Positions 46,236-57,006 of a stretch of DNA of 64,000 nucleotides are shown here, piece after piece (position 1 is the stretch's first letter; the number at the start of each line of letters is the position of its first letter). The translations under genes and the position numbers were made by a program. The stretch is from an uncultured delta proteobacterium (GTDB lineage Bacteria; Myxococcota_A; UBA9160; UBA4427): contig CAWGJT010000013.1 in the NCBI GenBank assembly GCA_963822965.1, positions 160,001 to 224,000 of the forward strand, given 5' to 3'. The notes under the pieces are model-generated. The model worked only from the letters and a program-made list of their open reading frames with translations. It ran no database searches and had not been told where the DNA came from.

Positions 46236-46991
46236 ATGCAGAGACGATTCGAGGGCAAGGCGGCGCTGGTGACGGGTGCGGGCTCGGGCATCGGACGGGC
46301 GTCGGCGCTGCGGCTCGGCGAGGAGGGCGCGCACGTGTTCGCCTGCGACATCGACCCCAGCGGTCTCGCGGACTTCGAAGCCGAGGCCAAGGGCCGGCAG
46401 GTGCGGGTGGAATCCTTCGGGCTCGACGTCGCCGACCCCGAGGCCTGCCGGGCCGCCGTCGCCCGGGCCGTGGCGACCTGCGGCCGGCTCGACGTCCTGT
46501 GCAACATCGCGGGCGTCTCGCGTCTCGACCATCTGGCGAACTTCAGCGACGAGCAGTGGAACCGCATGATCGGGATCAACCTCTCGAGCGTGTTCTATCT
46601 CAGCCAGGCCGCCATGCCCCACCTCATCGAGGCGAAGGGCAACATCGTCAACATGGCGTCGTCGGCGGGCCTCGAGGGCCAGGCGTACAACGCCATCTAC
46701 TGCGCCGCGAAGGCCGGGGTGGTGATGCTCAGCAAGTCCATGGCCGTGGAGTTCGCCGGGAAAGGCGTGCGGATCAACGCGGTCTGCCCGGGCGGCGTGA
46801 AGACCTCGCTGCTTCGGGCGACGCGCATGCCCGAGAAGGCCGATCCGGCCCTCTTCGGCCGACTGATGCCCCTGCTGCCCCTCGCGGAGGCCGAAGAGGT
46901 GGCGACCGCCGTGGCGTATCTCGCCTCCGAGGAGGCGCGCTACGTAACGGGCGTCGCGTTCGCGATCGACGGTGGGCAGACCGCGGGCTGA
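46236..46991 (+). CDS. SDR oxidoreductase
   Basis: TGAGSGIG, LCNIAG, YCAAKAG, DGGQTA. Confidence 0.92.
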   Translation: MQRRFEGKAALVTGAGSGIGRASALRLGEEGAHVFACDIDPSGLADFEAEAKGRQVRVESFGLDVADPEACRAAVARAVATCGRLDVLCNIAGVSRLDHLANFSDEQWNRMIGINLSSVFYLSQAAMPHLIEAKGNIVNMASSAGLEGQAYNAIYCAAKAGVVMLSKSMAVEFAGKGVRINAVCPGGVKTSLLRATRMPEKADPALFGRLMPLLPLAEAEEVATAVAYLASEEARYVTGVAFAIDGGQTAG

Positions 46992-47002
46992 GACGGCGGG
47001 GC

Positions 47003-47032
47003 TTGCCGAAGCCTTCCGCACGCGGTTAGACT
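47003..47032 (+). promoter_or_regulatory. Putative sigma-70 promoter of the RNHCP leader transcript
   Basis: TTGCCG-18 bp-TAGACT. Confidence 0.4.
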
Positions 47033-47129
47033 GCCGCCTCCAGCGCGCCGGGACGGCGCCCCACATGCACCGGAAAGGCGCACGCCATGCGCCGGACCGG
47101 CGCATCGAAGCGAGAAGCGAGGTACATCC

Positions 47130-47210
47130 ATGTCGGAGCTTCCCAAAGTGCAAGCCCGCGCCGCTCTCGATGTGGCCTCCGCCGCAGCCGTCCCGGGAGG
47201 AAGCTCCTAA
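47130..47210 (+). CDS. Putative 26-aa leader peptide MSELPKVQARAALDVASAAAVPGGSS
   Basis: GAGGT RBS 6 nt upstream; GGAGCTTCC/GGAAGCTCC inverted repeat spanning the ORF. Confidence 0.4.
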   Translation: MSELPKVQARAALDVASAAAVPGGSS

Positions 47211-47446
47211 GGAGCGCGACCCAAGACGAAGTCTTGGGCCGCATTTCCGCCGCAAACGAATCCAGGGGATTCGTGGCACTCCCGACCTCGGTTCCATCCG
47301 AACCGATCGAACCGAACGGCTCCGGCGCGAGGCGTCTTCGACGTCATCCGCCGATCTCCGTCCGCCGCCGCGCCGGCGCTCCGGGGATCGACACCGCGAT
47401 CCGGTGCGGGCGCACGCCCGCAGCTCGATTCGAGAGAGATCCGTTC

Positions 47447-47872
47447 ATGTCGAGATCCCGTCGTTACGGAGACGAGAGGGTCTCGCGGCCCAAGCATCGC
47501 CGCGAGCATTCCCAGAACGACTTCCGGTGCGTTCGCTGCCGCCTGATGGTGTCGGTCGACGCGCCGGGCACCCGTCACCGCAATCACTGTCCGAGCTGCC
47601 TCTGGAGCCGCCACGTGGACGAGACCACGGGCGACCGCGGTGCGCTCTGCGGCGGCGCCATGGAGCCCATCGCGATCTGGGTGCAGCCGGGAGGCGAATG
47701 GTCGCTCGTGCACCGCTGCTCGAGCTGCGGCAGCCTCCGCTGCAACCGCATCGCGGCCGACGACAACGAGTTCGCGCTCGCCTCCCTGGCGGCCCGCCCC
47801 GTCGCCATGCCGGCCTTCCGGCTGGAGAGCCTCTCGAGGAAGCGAGGGCCGGGGAACGAGTCCGATCCGTGA
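47447..47872 (+). CDS. RNHCP domain protein (Cys/His, likely Zn-binding)
   Basis: FRCVRC, HRNHCPSCLWSRHVD, GDRGALCGG.MEPI, HRCSSCG, NRIAADDN. Confidence 0.9.
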   Translation: MSRSRRYGDERVSRPKHRREHSQNDFRCVRCRLMVSVDAPGTRHRNHCPSCLWSRHVDETTGDRGALCGGAMEPIAIWVQPGGEWSLVHRCSSCGSLRCNRIAADDNEFALASLAARPVAMPAFRLESLSRKRGPGNESDP

Positions 47873-48080
47873 GGGGTCCCCGCCCTCGTCGAGAAGCTCC
47901 GCCGGCTGGGCCACGTGGAGCGATCCGGGCTCGAACGCCCTTCGCGCGACAGGCAACACAGGGCGGGAGCGGCCCGGTCGAGCCGGTGATTCGCGTCCGA
48001 TCGGCCTGAAAGGGCCTTCCAGGGCCGTTTCAGGCCTGCAATCTCTCTTGTCCTCGGCGAGTCCTCCGTGACAGGATGGT

Positions 48081-49763
48081 GTGATGAGCGCCACCAGTGC
48101 CCCGACTCGCTCGTGGCTGGTGGGACCCGCAGCCGATCTGCTGCTGGGCTGCGGCGTCCTCTACATGGGCGTCTTTGCCGCCTTCGCGGTGGCGGGACCG
48201 GAGCTGCGCAGCCTCGCCCCGGCTTCGCTCCCCGTGTTGCTGGCGTTGATGCTCTCGGCGCCGCACTACGGCGCCACCCTGTTGCGCGTGTACGAGAATC
48301 GCGCCGACCGGGGCAAGTACCACCTCTTCGCCGTGCATGCGACCCTCGCCGTGGTCGTGGCGTTCGGGGTCGGGCTCCACTCCATCGCGGTCGCTTCGTG
48401 GCTCTTCACCATCTTCCTGGTGTGGAGCCCCTGGCACTACACCGGACAGAACTACGGCCTGGCGGTCATGTTCCTGCGCCGGCGCGGCGTGCCCGTCTCG
48501 CCCACCGCGAAGCGGCTGCTGCACGCGTCCTTCGTGCTCTCCTACGTCGTGCTGCTGCTGGTGATCTACACCGGCGGCGGCGGCGGCGACACGGCGCGCG
48601 GCTACGGCGCCTCGGGACACGAGAAGATCCGGATCCAGAGCCTCGGCGTGCCCGAGGCGGTGGGCACCTTCGGGGTTCCGCTGGCGGCCTTCGCCTACCT
48701 CGGCGTGACCGTCGCGGCCGGGAGGGCGCTGGCAAAGCGCGCCCGCGCGAGCGATCTGCTGCCCGCCGGGCTGCTGGTGGTGACCCAGGCCCTCTGGTTC
48801 TCGCTCCCCATGCTGGTGAAGTACACCGGTGTCGGTGCCGGAATCGATCCCTTCGATCCCGACCAGCGCGTATACAGCTTCACGTGGATCGCTCTGGGAC
48901 ACGCCGTGCAGTACCTCTGGGTGACGAGCTACTACGCGCGCTCCTCACCCGAATGGCGCGGCTCGGCCTACTACCTCATGAAGGCGGCGGTCGCGGGGAC
49001 CGCCCTCTGGACCCTGCCGCTGGTTCTGTTCTCGCCCAAGGGCCTGGGCGCCATGTCCGGCGACGCGGGCCTCTACCTGCTGCTCTCGTCGTGCATCAAC
49101 ATCCACCACTTCGTGCTCGACGGAGCCATCTGGAAGCTCCGGGACTCGCGCATCGCGAACGTGCTCCTGCGCGAGCCGCGAGCGGTCCCTCCGCTCCGCA
49201 TGTCCCGGCGTCCCTGGCTCCGCCAGGCGGTGTGGGGCGTGGCCGGCGTGGGCGCGTGCCTCGCCGTGCTGCAGTTCGACTCCGAGGCGCGGCTCTTCCG
49301 TGCCCGCGACGGCGCCGACCCCGCGCTCGCCAGCACCGCCCTGGACGGTCTCGCCTGGTTCGGGCGCGACAGCGCGTCGGACCGCAAGCGCATCGCGAAG
49401 ACCTATCTCGACCGGGGCGACGTCGACCACGCCGTCGCCGAGCTGCGCAGGAGCCTCGCCCTGGAGCCGGACGTCGCCGGCTGGAGCGAGCTCTCCTACC
49501 TCGAAGAACGGCGCGGCGACCTCGAGGCTTCGCTCGCGGCTCTCGAAGGCGGACTCGCCCTCGAGCCCGAGCGGCTGGGCCTGCTCCACCGTGCGGGCGA
49601 GACCTGGCTGGCCCTGGGGCGCGCGGATCTCGCCGCGCGCTACCTCGAAAGGGCCCTGGCGGTCGACCCGGGTCACGCACCCAGCCGGGCCGCGCTCGCA
49701 CGGGCCCGCCGGGTGCTCACGGCGAGCGTTCCCCTCGCTTCCCACGGAACCGATCCACCCTGA
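48081..49763 (+). CDS. Polytopic membrane protein with His motifs and C-terminal TPRs
   Basis: PHYGAT, WHYTGQNYG, GHAVQYLW, IHHFVLDGAIWK; TPR-like AxxLEP/AxxVDP repeats. Confidence 0.75.
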   Translation: MMSATSAPTRSWLVGPAADLLLGCGVLYMGVFAAFAVAGPELRSLAPASLPVLLALMLSAPHYGATLLRVYENRADRGKYHLFAVHATLAVVVAFGVGLHSIAVASWLFTIFLVWSPWHYTGQNYGLAVMFLRRRGVPVSPTAKRLLHASFVLSYVVLLLVIYTGGGGGDTARGYGASGHEKIRIQSLGVPEAVGTFGVPLAAFAYLGVTVAAGRALAKRARASDLLPAGLLVVTQALWFSLPMLVKYTGVGAGIDPFDPDQRVYSFTWIALGHAVQYLWVTSYYARSSPEWRGSAYYLMKAAVAGTALWTLPLVLFSPKGLGAMSGDAGLYLLLSSCINIHHFVLDGAIWKLRDSRIANVLLREPRAVPPLRMSRRPWLRQAVWGVAGVGACLAVLQFDSEARLFRARDGADPALASTALDGLAWFGRDSASDRKRIAKTYLDRGDVDHAVAELRRSLALEPDVAGWSELSYLEERRGDLEASLAALEGGLALEPERLGLLHRAGETWLALGRADLAARYLERALAVDPGHAPSRAALARARRVLTASVPLASHGTDPP

Positions 49764-49788
49764 ATCCCATGGACTAAGCTCCGACGGC

Positions 49789-50915
<1,127 letters not shown>

Positions 50916-50919
<4 letters not shown>

Positions 50920-51515
50920 GCGCCGACCCCCGGAGCCCGGGGGAGACCGTCGCCGAGCACGCGCTCGCGCAGCACACGGAGCTGCCCGAGACGCGCCTCT
51001 CGCACCGGCTCGACGCCCTCGTCCGCCGGACGGGAGACGCGGCGTCGTGGCTCTGGCTCGTGCTGCTCGGGGTCGTCGTGCTGAACGTGCTGCTCCGCTA
51101 CGCGTTCGGCGAAGGTCGGATCGAGTTCGAGGAGATCCAGTGGCATCTCTATGCCCTGGGATTCCTGGTCGCGCTCTCCTACGCGGTGGAATCGGACGAC
51201 CACATCCGGGTGGACTTCCTGCGCGGCCGCTTCTCGCCGCGGCTGCAGGCCTGGGTGGAGCTCTACGGCATCCTCCTCCTGCTGCTGCCCTTCACGGCGC
51301 TCGTGCTCGTCTACGCCGTGCCGTTCGCCGCCACCTCCTGGGCCCAGGGCGAGATCTCGGCGGCGCCCGGTGGGCTCCCCTATCGCTTCGTCATCAAGTC
51401 CGCGATCTCGCTGGGCTTCGCGCTGCTGGCGGTCGCCGCCTTCTCCCGCCTGCTGCGGGTGTGCTCCCTGCTCTTCGGCTTTCCCGCGGCGCTCCCGCCG
51501 GACGCCGACGACTGA
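50916..51515 (+). CDS. dctQ: TRAP transporter small permease
   Basis: EEIQWHLY, HIRVD, 4 TM segments. Confidence 0.9.
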
Positions 51516-51518
51516 CCC

Positions 51519-52871
51519 ATGCCCTGGAACGACGTCCTCGTCGTGGCGATGTTCGTCGCCTTCGTGGCGCTCATCTTCACCGGCTTCCCCGTCGCCTGGG
51601 TGCTCGGCGGCCTGGCGGTGTTCTTCACGGCCCTCGCCATCGTCCTCGACGTGGACCTCGGCATTCCCCTGAACGTCGACTGGCCCTACGCGTCGCTCAG
51701 CGTCGACCGCATCTGGGGCCTGATGGAGAACTGGGTGCTCGTGGCCCTGCCCCTCTTCGTCTTCATGGGGCTGATGCTGGACCGCTCCGGCGTGGCTTCG
51801 GACCTGATGACGAACTTCGCGCGTCTCTTCGGCCGCGTGCGCGGCGGGCTCGCCGTCACGGTCACGGTGATCGGCGTGCTGCTCGCCGCGTCCACGGGCA
51901 TCATCGGCGCTTCCGTGGTGTTGCTGGCGCTGCTCGGGCTGCCCATCATGCTCGAGCAGGGGTACCGGGCCGAGCTGGCCGCGGGCACCGTCGCCTCGGT
52001 GGGCACCCTGGGCATCCTGATCCCGCCGAGCATCATGCTCGTGATGATGGCCGACCGGCTCGCCATGTCGGTGGGCGATCTCTTCCTGGGCGCGCTGCTT
52101 CCCGGACTGCTGCTGGGCGTGCTCTACGTGGCCTACATCCTGCTGCATGCGCGTCTGCGCCCGGAGTCCGCGCCCCTGCCGCGCGAGGTGGAGTCGGTGA
52201 CCCTGGGCGTCGTGGTGGACGTGGTGCGGGCGGTGCTGCCCGCCGCCGGTCTCATCCTGGCGGTGCTCGGCAGCATCTTCTTCGGCATCGCCACCCCCAC
52301 CGAGGCGGCGGGCGTGGGAGCCGCGGGCGCGCTGCTGCTGGCCGGGATACGCGGGCGGCTCGCCGGGCACGTGCTGCGCGACGTCATGCGCGAGACGAGC
52401 CGCACCACCGGGTTCATCTTCGCGATCTTCGTCGGCGCCACCGCCTACTCGCTCGTCCTGCGCGGCCTGGGCGGCGATCAGCTGATCGAGCGGGCCTTCC
52501 TCGGCCTGCCCTTCGGCCCGACGGGCATCGTCCTCTCGATCCTCGCCTTCACGTTCCTGCTGGGCTTCTTCCTCGACTGGATCGAGATCACGCTCATCGT
52601 GCTGCCCCTGGTCGCGCCCGTGGTCGAAGGCCTGGGCTTCGACCTGGTGTGGTTCACGGTGCTCTTCGCGGTGTGTCTGCAGACCTCGTTCCTGACACCT
52701 CCCGTGGGCTTCGCGCTCTTCTATCTCAAGGGCGTGGCCCCGCCCGAGATCGACGTACGGACCATCTACCGCGGGGTCGTCCCCTTCATCCTGCTCCAGC
52801 TGCTCGGGCTCGCCGTGATCTTCGTTTGGGAGAGCCTGGTGACGTGGCTGCCGGGCGTGGCGTACAAGTAG
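51519..52871 (+). CDS. dctM: TRAP transporter large permease
   Basis: ALPLFVFMG, ASTGIIGAS, GTLGILIPPSI, ATPTEAA, QTSFLTPPVG. Confidence 0.93.
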   Translation: MPWNDVLVVAMFVAFVALIFTGFPVAWVLGGLAVFFTALAIVLDVDLGIPLNVDWPYASLSVDRIWGLMENWVLVALPLFVFMGLMLDRSGVASDLMTNFARLFGRVRGGLAVTVTVIGVLLAASTGIIGASVVLLALLGLPIMLEQGYRAELAAGTVASVGTLGILIPPSIMLVMMADRLAMSVGDLFLGALLPGLLLGVLYVAYILLHARLRPESAPLPREVESVTLGVVVDVVRAVLPAAGLILAVLGSIFFGIATPTEAAGVGAAGALLLAGIRGRLAGHVLRDVMRETSRTTGFIFAIFVGATAYSLVLRGLGGDQLIERAFLGLPFGPTGIVLSILAFTFLLGFFLDWIEITLIVLPLVAPVVEGLGFDLVWFTVLFAVCLQTSFLTPPVGFALFYLKGVAPPEIDVRTIYRGVVPFILLQLLGLAVIFVWESLVTWLPGVAYK

Positions 52872-52926
52872 CCCCGGGCTCTTGATCCGATCACGGCCCT
52901 CGAAGTCGAGGCGCCGGGACGCCTGC

Positions 52927-54357
52927 TCATCCCCAGACGGCGGGCTTGCGTCCGATCCAGGGGCGTGCCCGTTCGAGCTGGGCGGCGAGTCGGAAGAGGG
53001 TCCCCTCGTCCGCATAACGACCGGCGAGCTGCATGCCGATGGGCAGGCCGTCGCCGCTCTGCATCAGCGGCACCGACATGGCGGGCTGGCCCGTGAAGTT
53101 GAACGGGGGTGTGAACGGGAAGGCCTTCGCCTGCCGCCTGGCGATCTCCCGGGGCTCCAGGTTCACCGGGTCGATGTGCCCGATGCGCGGCGGGGGCGTT
53201 CCCATCACGGGGGTGAGGAAGACGTCGAAGTCCTCGAAGAGCTGAAGGGTCTGACGATTCAGGACCCGGAGCCGCCGCCAGGCTCCGAAGACCTTCTCCC
53301 CCGATAGGCGCTGGCCGTTGCGGATGCCCGCCCAGGTCAGCGGCTCGAGCTCGTCCTCGCGAGCCTCGCGGCCGATCCGCTCCACGAGCTCACGGTAGTT
53401 GGCGGCGGAGTTGGCCGCCGACACGATGCCCTGGGCCTTGTAGAGCGCGCGGAAGTCGACACCCAGGCCGCGCTCCTCGACGTCGTGACCCAGGCTCTCG
53501 AGCAGCGCCGCCGTCTCGCGCGTCGCGGCCTCCACCTCGGGGTCGATGGCTCGTCCGCTCGGGGTCTCCGTCGAGAACGCGATGCGGAGGCGCCCCGGAT
53601 CGCGCTCGATCTCCTCCGCATAGGGGCGCTCTTTCGGGGGCGGTGCGTAGGGGGAGGCCGGCTCGGGATGACCCGTGATGTCGAGCATCGCGGCGCTGTC
53701 GCGAACGGTGCGGCTCACCACGTGGTCCACCCCGAAGCCGATCGCCCGGCCCGGGTCGTCGGGACCGCTCGGGTTGCGCTCGCGGGTCACCTTCAGGCCG
53801 AAGAGCCCGCAGCACGCCGCGGGGATGCGGATCGAGCCGAGACCGTCACTGGCGTGGGCCAGCGGGACGATGCCCGCCGCGGTGGCCGCGGCGGCGCCCC
53901 CGCTCGAGCCGCCGGCGATGTGTTCGGGGTTCCAGGGGTTGCGACAGGGCCCGAGCAGCGCCGACTCGGTGGTGCCGGTGATGCCGAGCTCGGGGGTGTT
54001 CGTCTTGCCCAGCAGCACGACCCCCGCCGCGCGAAACCGCCGCGTCAGGATGCCGTCGGCAGCAGACACCTCGCCGGCCAGGAAACGGCTGCCGCTCGTG
54101 AGCGGCCAGCCCGCCACCGGGCAGCCGAGGTCCTTGATGAGGAAGGGGACGCCGCGGAAGGGACCGTCGGGCAGCGCACCGGCGGCCACACGACGCGCCT
54201 CGTCGCGCGCGTCGTGCACGATGGCGTTGAGCACCGGGTCGTGGCGGTCGATGCGCTCGATCGCCGCCTCCACCAGCTCCGCCGGGCTCACCTCGCCCCG
54301 GCGCACCAGCTCGGCGAGCCCGAGGCCGTCGTAGTCGGGGTACTCCGTGAAACCCAT
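52927..54357 (-). CDS. Amidase-signature family amidase
   Basis: YDGLGLAELV, PFLIKDL, GKTNTPELG, GGSSGG, SDGLGSIRIPA. Confidence 0.92.
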   Translation of the reverse strand: MGFTEYPDYDGLGLAELVRRGEVSPAELVEAAIERIDRHDPVLNAIVHDARDEARRVAAGALPDGPFRGVPFLIKDLGCPVAGWPLTSGSRFLAGEVSAADGILTRRFRAAGVVLLGKTNTPELGITGTTESALLGPCRNPWNPEHIAGGSSGGAAAATAAGIVPLAHASDGLGSIRIPAACCGLFGLKVTRERNPSGPDDPGRAIGFGVDHVVSRTVRDSAAMLDITGHPEPASPYAPPPKERPYAEEIERDPGRLRIAFSTETPSGRAIDPEVEAATRETAALLESLGHDVEERGLGVDFRALYKAQGIVSAANSAANYRELVERIGREAREDELEPLTWAGIRNGQRLSGEKVFGAWRRLRVLNRQTLQLFEDFDVFLTPVMGTPPPRIGHIDPVNLEPREIARRQAKAFPFTPPFNFTGQPAMSVPLMQSGDGLPIGMQLAGRYADEGTLFRLAAQLERARPWIGRKPAVWG

Positions 54358-54359
54358 GG

Positions 54360-55448
54360 TCAGTTCACCTCGAGTGCGTCGCGCGGCGGCAGCGCGGGCA
54401 GCGGCGCCGTCGGCAGGGTCTGGTACCAGAAGGCCACCGAGGCCAGGTCGTCCTGCAGCTGCAGATAGCGCGGCCCCGAGCGCCACCCGAGCGCCTGGAT
54501 CGTCACCCGCAGGTCCTGCTCGAAGCGGATCGGATCCATCACGTGCCAGCGGTACATCCCGAAGCGTTGCTGGCTCGAATAGCGGCCGTCCGGCCGGATC
54601 ACCTGGTGGAGACCCGCCCAGGGCGTGGTGAACTCGCGGTAGCCCCCCTGCTCCTTGCCGACGTCGAAGTTGTAGGAGCCGCAGAAGTAGTCCTCGGTGC
54701 CGGTGCCGCACAGGGTCGGGAACTCACCGTCGCCGTCGAGGAAGAACTTGATCTCGCCCTCACCCCACCAGCCCCGGCTGTTCGAGCCCCACGCCATCAC
54801 CGTCCCCACGTAGTGGCCCCGGCCCCGGACGCCGTCGAGGATCGTGAAGACCTCGCCCTGGGGCAGCGGGTTCACGCGGCGGAACTGCGCGTGGAAGTAG
54901 GCCGCGTCGTCCGGTACCTCGGTGAGCGTGTAGTTGATCTGGTAGTAGAGGATCATGGCCTCGTCGGCGAGGTTCTCGAGGGTGATCCGGCAGCGCCTGC
55001 GGAAGGGCATCTCCCAGTAGCAGTTGAAGGCGCTGCCGGGGTTGACGCACACCGGTAGGGACGAGATCTGCGCGTACTTCCCCCAGCTCATGCCGAAGAA
55101 GTCGCCCACCGGGCACTCGACCGAGGGCTGCTCCTGGTCGTCCCAGTAGAAGCGCAGGACGCTGAAGCGCCAGTTGCCGGTGGGGGTGAGCCAGATCTGC
55201 TGGATGGCGCCGGCATCCTCGATGTCGGCGAGGGTGAAGGTGGCGCCCGGCTCGATCTTCACCGAGGGCGAGAGCTTCCAGCCCCGGCCGAGGTCGCGCG
55301 CATAGGCCGCGCCCGTGCCCTCGGTCGCCATGCCGCCCCGACCCTTTTCGCCCGTGAAGTTCTCGGGGCTGATCGAACGCGTCCGGGCAGGGGAGAGCCG
55401 CGACAGGTTCCCGAGGTGGAGACCGAGTCCGTTCCAGGCACCGCTCAT
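54360..55448 (-). CDS. DUF2961 / GH172 family glycoside hydrolase
   Basis: TRSISPENFTGEKG, ECPVGDFF, FNCYWEMPF, WWGEGEIKF, GTGTEDYF, SVAFWYQ. Confidence 0.88.
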   Translation of the reverse strand: MSGAWNGLGLHLGNLSRLSPARTRSISPENFTGEKGRGGMATEGTGAAYARDLGRGWKLSPSVKIEPGATFTLADIEDAGAIQQIWLTPTGNWRFSVLRFYWDDQEQPSVECPVGDFFGMSWGKYAQISSLPVCVNPGSAFNCYWEMPFRRRCRITLENLADEAMILYYQINYTLTEVPDDAAYFHAQFRRVNPLPQGEVFTILDGVRGRGHYVGTVMAWGSNSRGWWGEGEIKFFLDGDGEFPTLCGTGTEDYFCGSYNFDVGKEQGGYREFTTPWAGLHQVIRPDGRYSSQQRFGMYRWHVMDPIRFEQDLRVTIQALGWRSGPRYLQLQDDLASVAFWYQTLPTAPLPALPPRDALEVN

Positions 55449-55867
55449 CGGCCTTCCCCCGGTGAGACGACGACCTCCATCGGTCGCTTCTCCTTCTTCC
55501 AGGCCGTCATGTGGCCCTCCAGGAATCGCACCTCGCCGGCTCCTGCCATCCACAGCCCGGCACGAGCGAGGCCGGCGCGAGGGCCGTGTTCACAGTAGAC
55601 CACCAGCACCTCGCCTTCGCGACGGGGCAGCTCGTCCGAGCGCGCCCAGACACTGTAGAACGGAATGTTCACCGCACCCGGAACGTGGCCTGCCTCGTAC
55701 TCCCCGCGCGAGCGCACGTCGAGGATCGGCGGCGCCGTTCCGGCACGCAGCTCCGCCTCGAGCTCGTCCCGGCCGATGTGCGGCGCACAGCCGGCGACTC
55801 CCAGCAGGAGGCCGAGCAGGAAGAGGGAGAGCGCGAGCATCGCCCGCAGGGTGGACACGACGTCCAT
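55445..55867 (-). CDS. Rhodanese-domain lipoprotein
   Basis: Lipobox VAGC; ILDVRS..EY..GHVPGA, VYCEHGPRA. Confidence 0.85.
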   Translation of the reverse strand: MDVVSTLRAMLALSLFLLGLLLGVAGCAPHIGRDELEAELRAGTAPPILDVRSRGEYEAGHVPGAVNIPFYSVWARSDELPRREGEVLVVYCEHGPRAGLARAGLWMAGAGEVRFLEGHMTAWKKEKRPMEVVVSPGEGR

Positions 55868-55893
55868 GCTAGCCGGATCGCCTCCGACGTCCC

Positions 55894-56997
55894 TCAAGCC
55901 GCGTACTTCCGCATGAAGGCCCGGTCGATTCGATCCTTGAGGCGCATCACCCAGCGCCCCCGCACGACGAGTCCCCACTTGAAGCCGACGGCGGTGCCGT
56001 CGCCCAGGTTCAGCAGCGACAGGAAGTCGCTCTGCGGCCGGTAGGCGGAGAGGGGGGCGCCGGTCGCGTGGGCGCGCAGGTTGCAATCGAGGAGCGGTCC
56101 CGCGCGAACCGCATAGACGCCCGCCTTCTTCATGCCGGGCAGGCTCGCGCAGTCTCCCACGGCGAAGAGGTCCGGGCATCCCTCCACCTGGAGCGTCGGC
56201 TCGATGCGGACGAAGCCGCGTTCGTCGGCGGGGAGACCGGACGCTCGAGCCAGGGGCTGCGCCGCGGCACCGGTGACCCACAGCACGCAGTCGGCGAGCA
56301 CGATCTCGCCGCACGCGAGCCGCACTTCGCCCGTCTCCAGGGATTCGACCCGACGCTCGAGCAGCAGCTCGATGTCGCGCTTTCTCGCGAGGTCGGTCAC
56401 GCGCTGGACCACCCGCGCCGGCGCGCCGGGCAGGATGGTCGCCGACTGGTCGACGACGCTCGCCTCGACTCGCGTGGCACCGGCGGCCCGGAGTCGCTCG
56501 CGCAGGCAGAAGGCCAGCTCCATGCCGCCCGCGCCCGCACCCACCACCACGAAGTGGATTCGCTGTCCCGTCCGGGCGTGCGACAACAGCTTCTCCATGC
56601 CGGTCACGAGGTTCGCGATGGGCCGCGAGGCCAGGGCGTGCTCGGCGACACCGGGCAGATCGAGGCCGGCCACCGTGGATCCCACGTCGATCGAGGCGAT
56701 CTCCCAGGCGTGCCGGGTGCCGTCGGCGAGGCGTGCGATCCGTGCCTCCGCATCGACGCCGTCGACGCGACCGTGGACGAAGCGGGCACCCGACCGGCGA
56801 CACAGTGCGGGCAGGTCGATGCGGAGCTCGTCGGGCCGGTACTGCCCCGCCACGAAGCCCGGGACCATTCCCGAGTAGACGGGCCGCTCGTCGGCCGACA
56901 CGACGGTGAGACGCCAGCCGTCGAGGGGCTCCTCGCCGAAGCGTCTCACCACCTCGACGTGGGCGTGGCCTCCCCCGATCAGCAGCAGCTCGTGCAC
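55894..56997 (-). CDS. FAD-dependent oxidoreductase resembling the N-terminal domain of SelD fusions
   Basis: LIGGGHAH, YSGMVPG, VVGAGAGGME, FAVGDCA, KAGVYAVR, KDRIDRAFM. Confidence 0.8.
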   Translation of the reverse strand: MHELLLIGGGHAHVEVVRRFGEEPLDGWRLTVVSADERPVYSGMVPGFVAGQYRPDELRIDLPALCRRSGARFVHGRVDGVDAEARIARLADGTRHAWEIASIDVGSTVAGLDLPGVAEHALASRPIANLVTGMEKLLSHARTGQRIHFVVVGAGAGGMELAFCLRERLRAAGATRVEASVVDQSATILPGAPARVVQRVTDLARKRDIELLLERRVESLETGEVRLACGEIVLADCVLWVTGAAAQPLARASGLPADERGFVRIEPTLQVEGCPDLFAVGDCASLPGMKKAGVYAVRAGPLLDCNLRAHATGAPLSAYRPQSDFLSLLNLGDGTAVGFKWGLVVRGRWVMRLKDRIDRAFMRKYAA

Positions 56998-57006
56998 GCG
57001 GTCCCG

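Noticed and set aside
55868..55896. Selenocysteine read-through of the flavoprotein TGA into a SelD domain
   Set aside because: The downstream sequence is a short spacer followed by a rhodanese; there is no SelD motif
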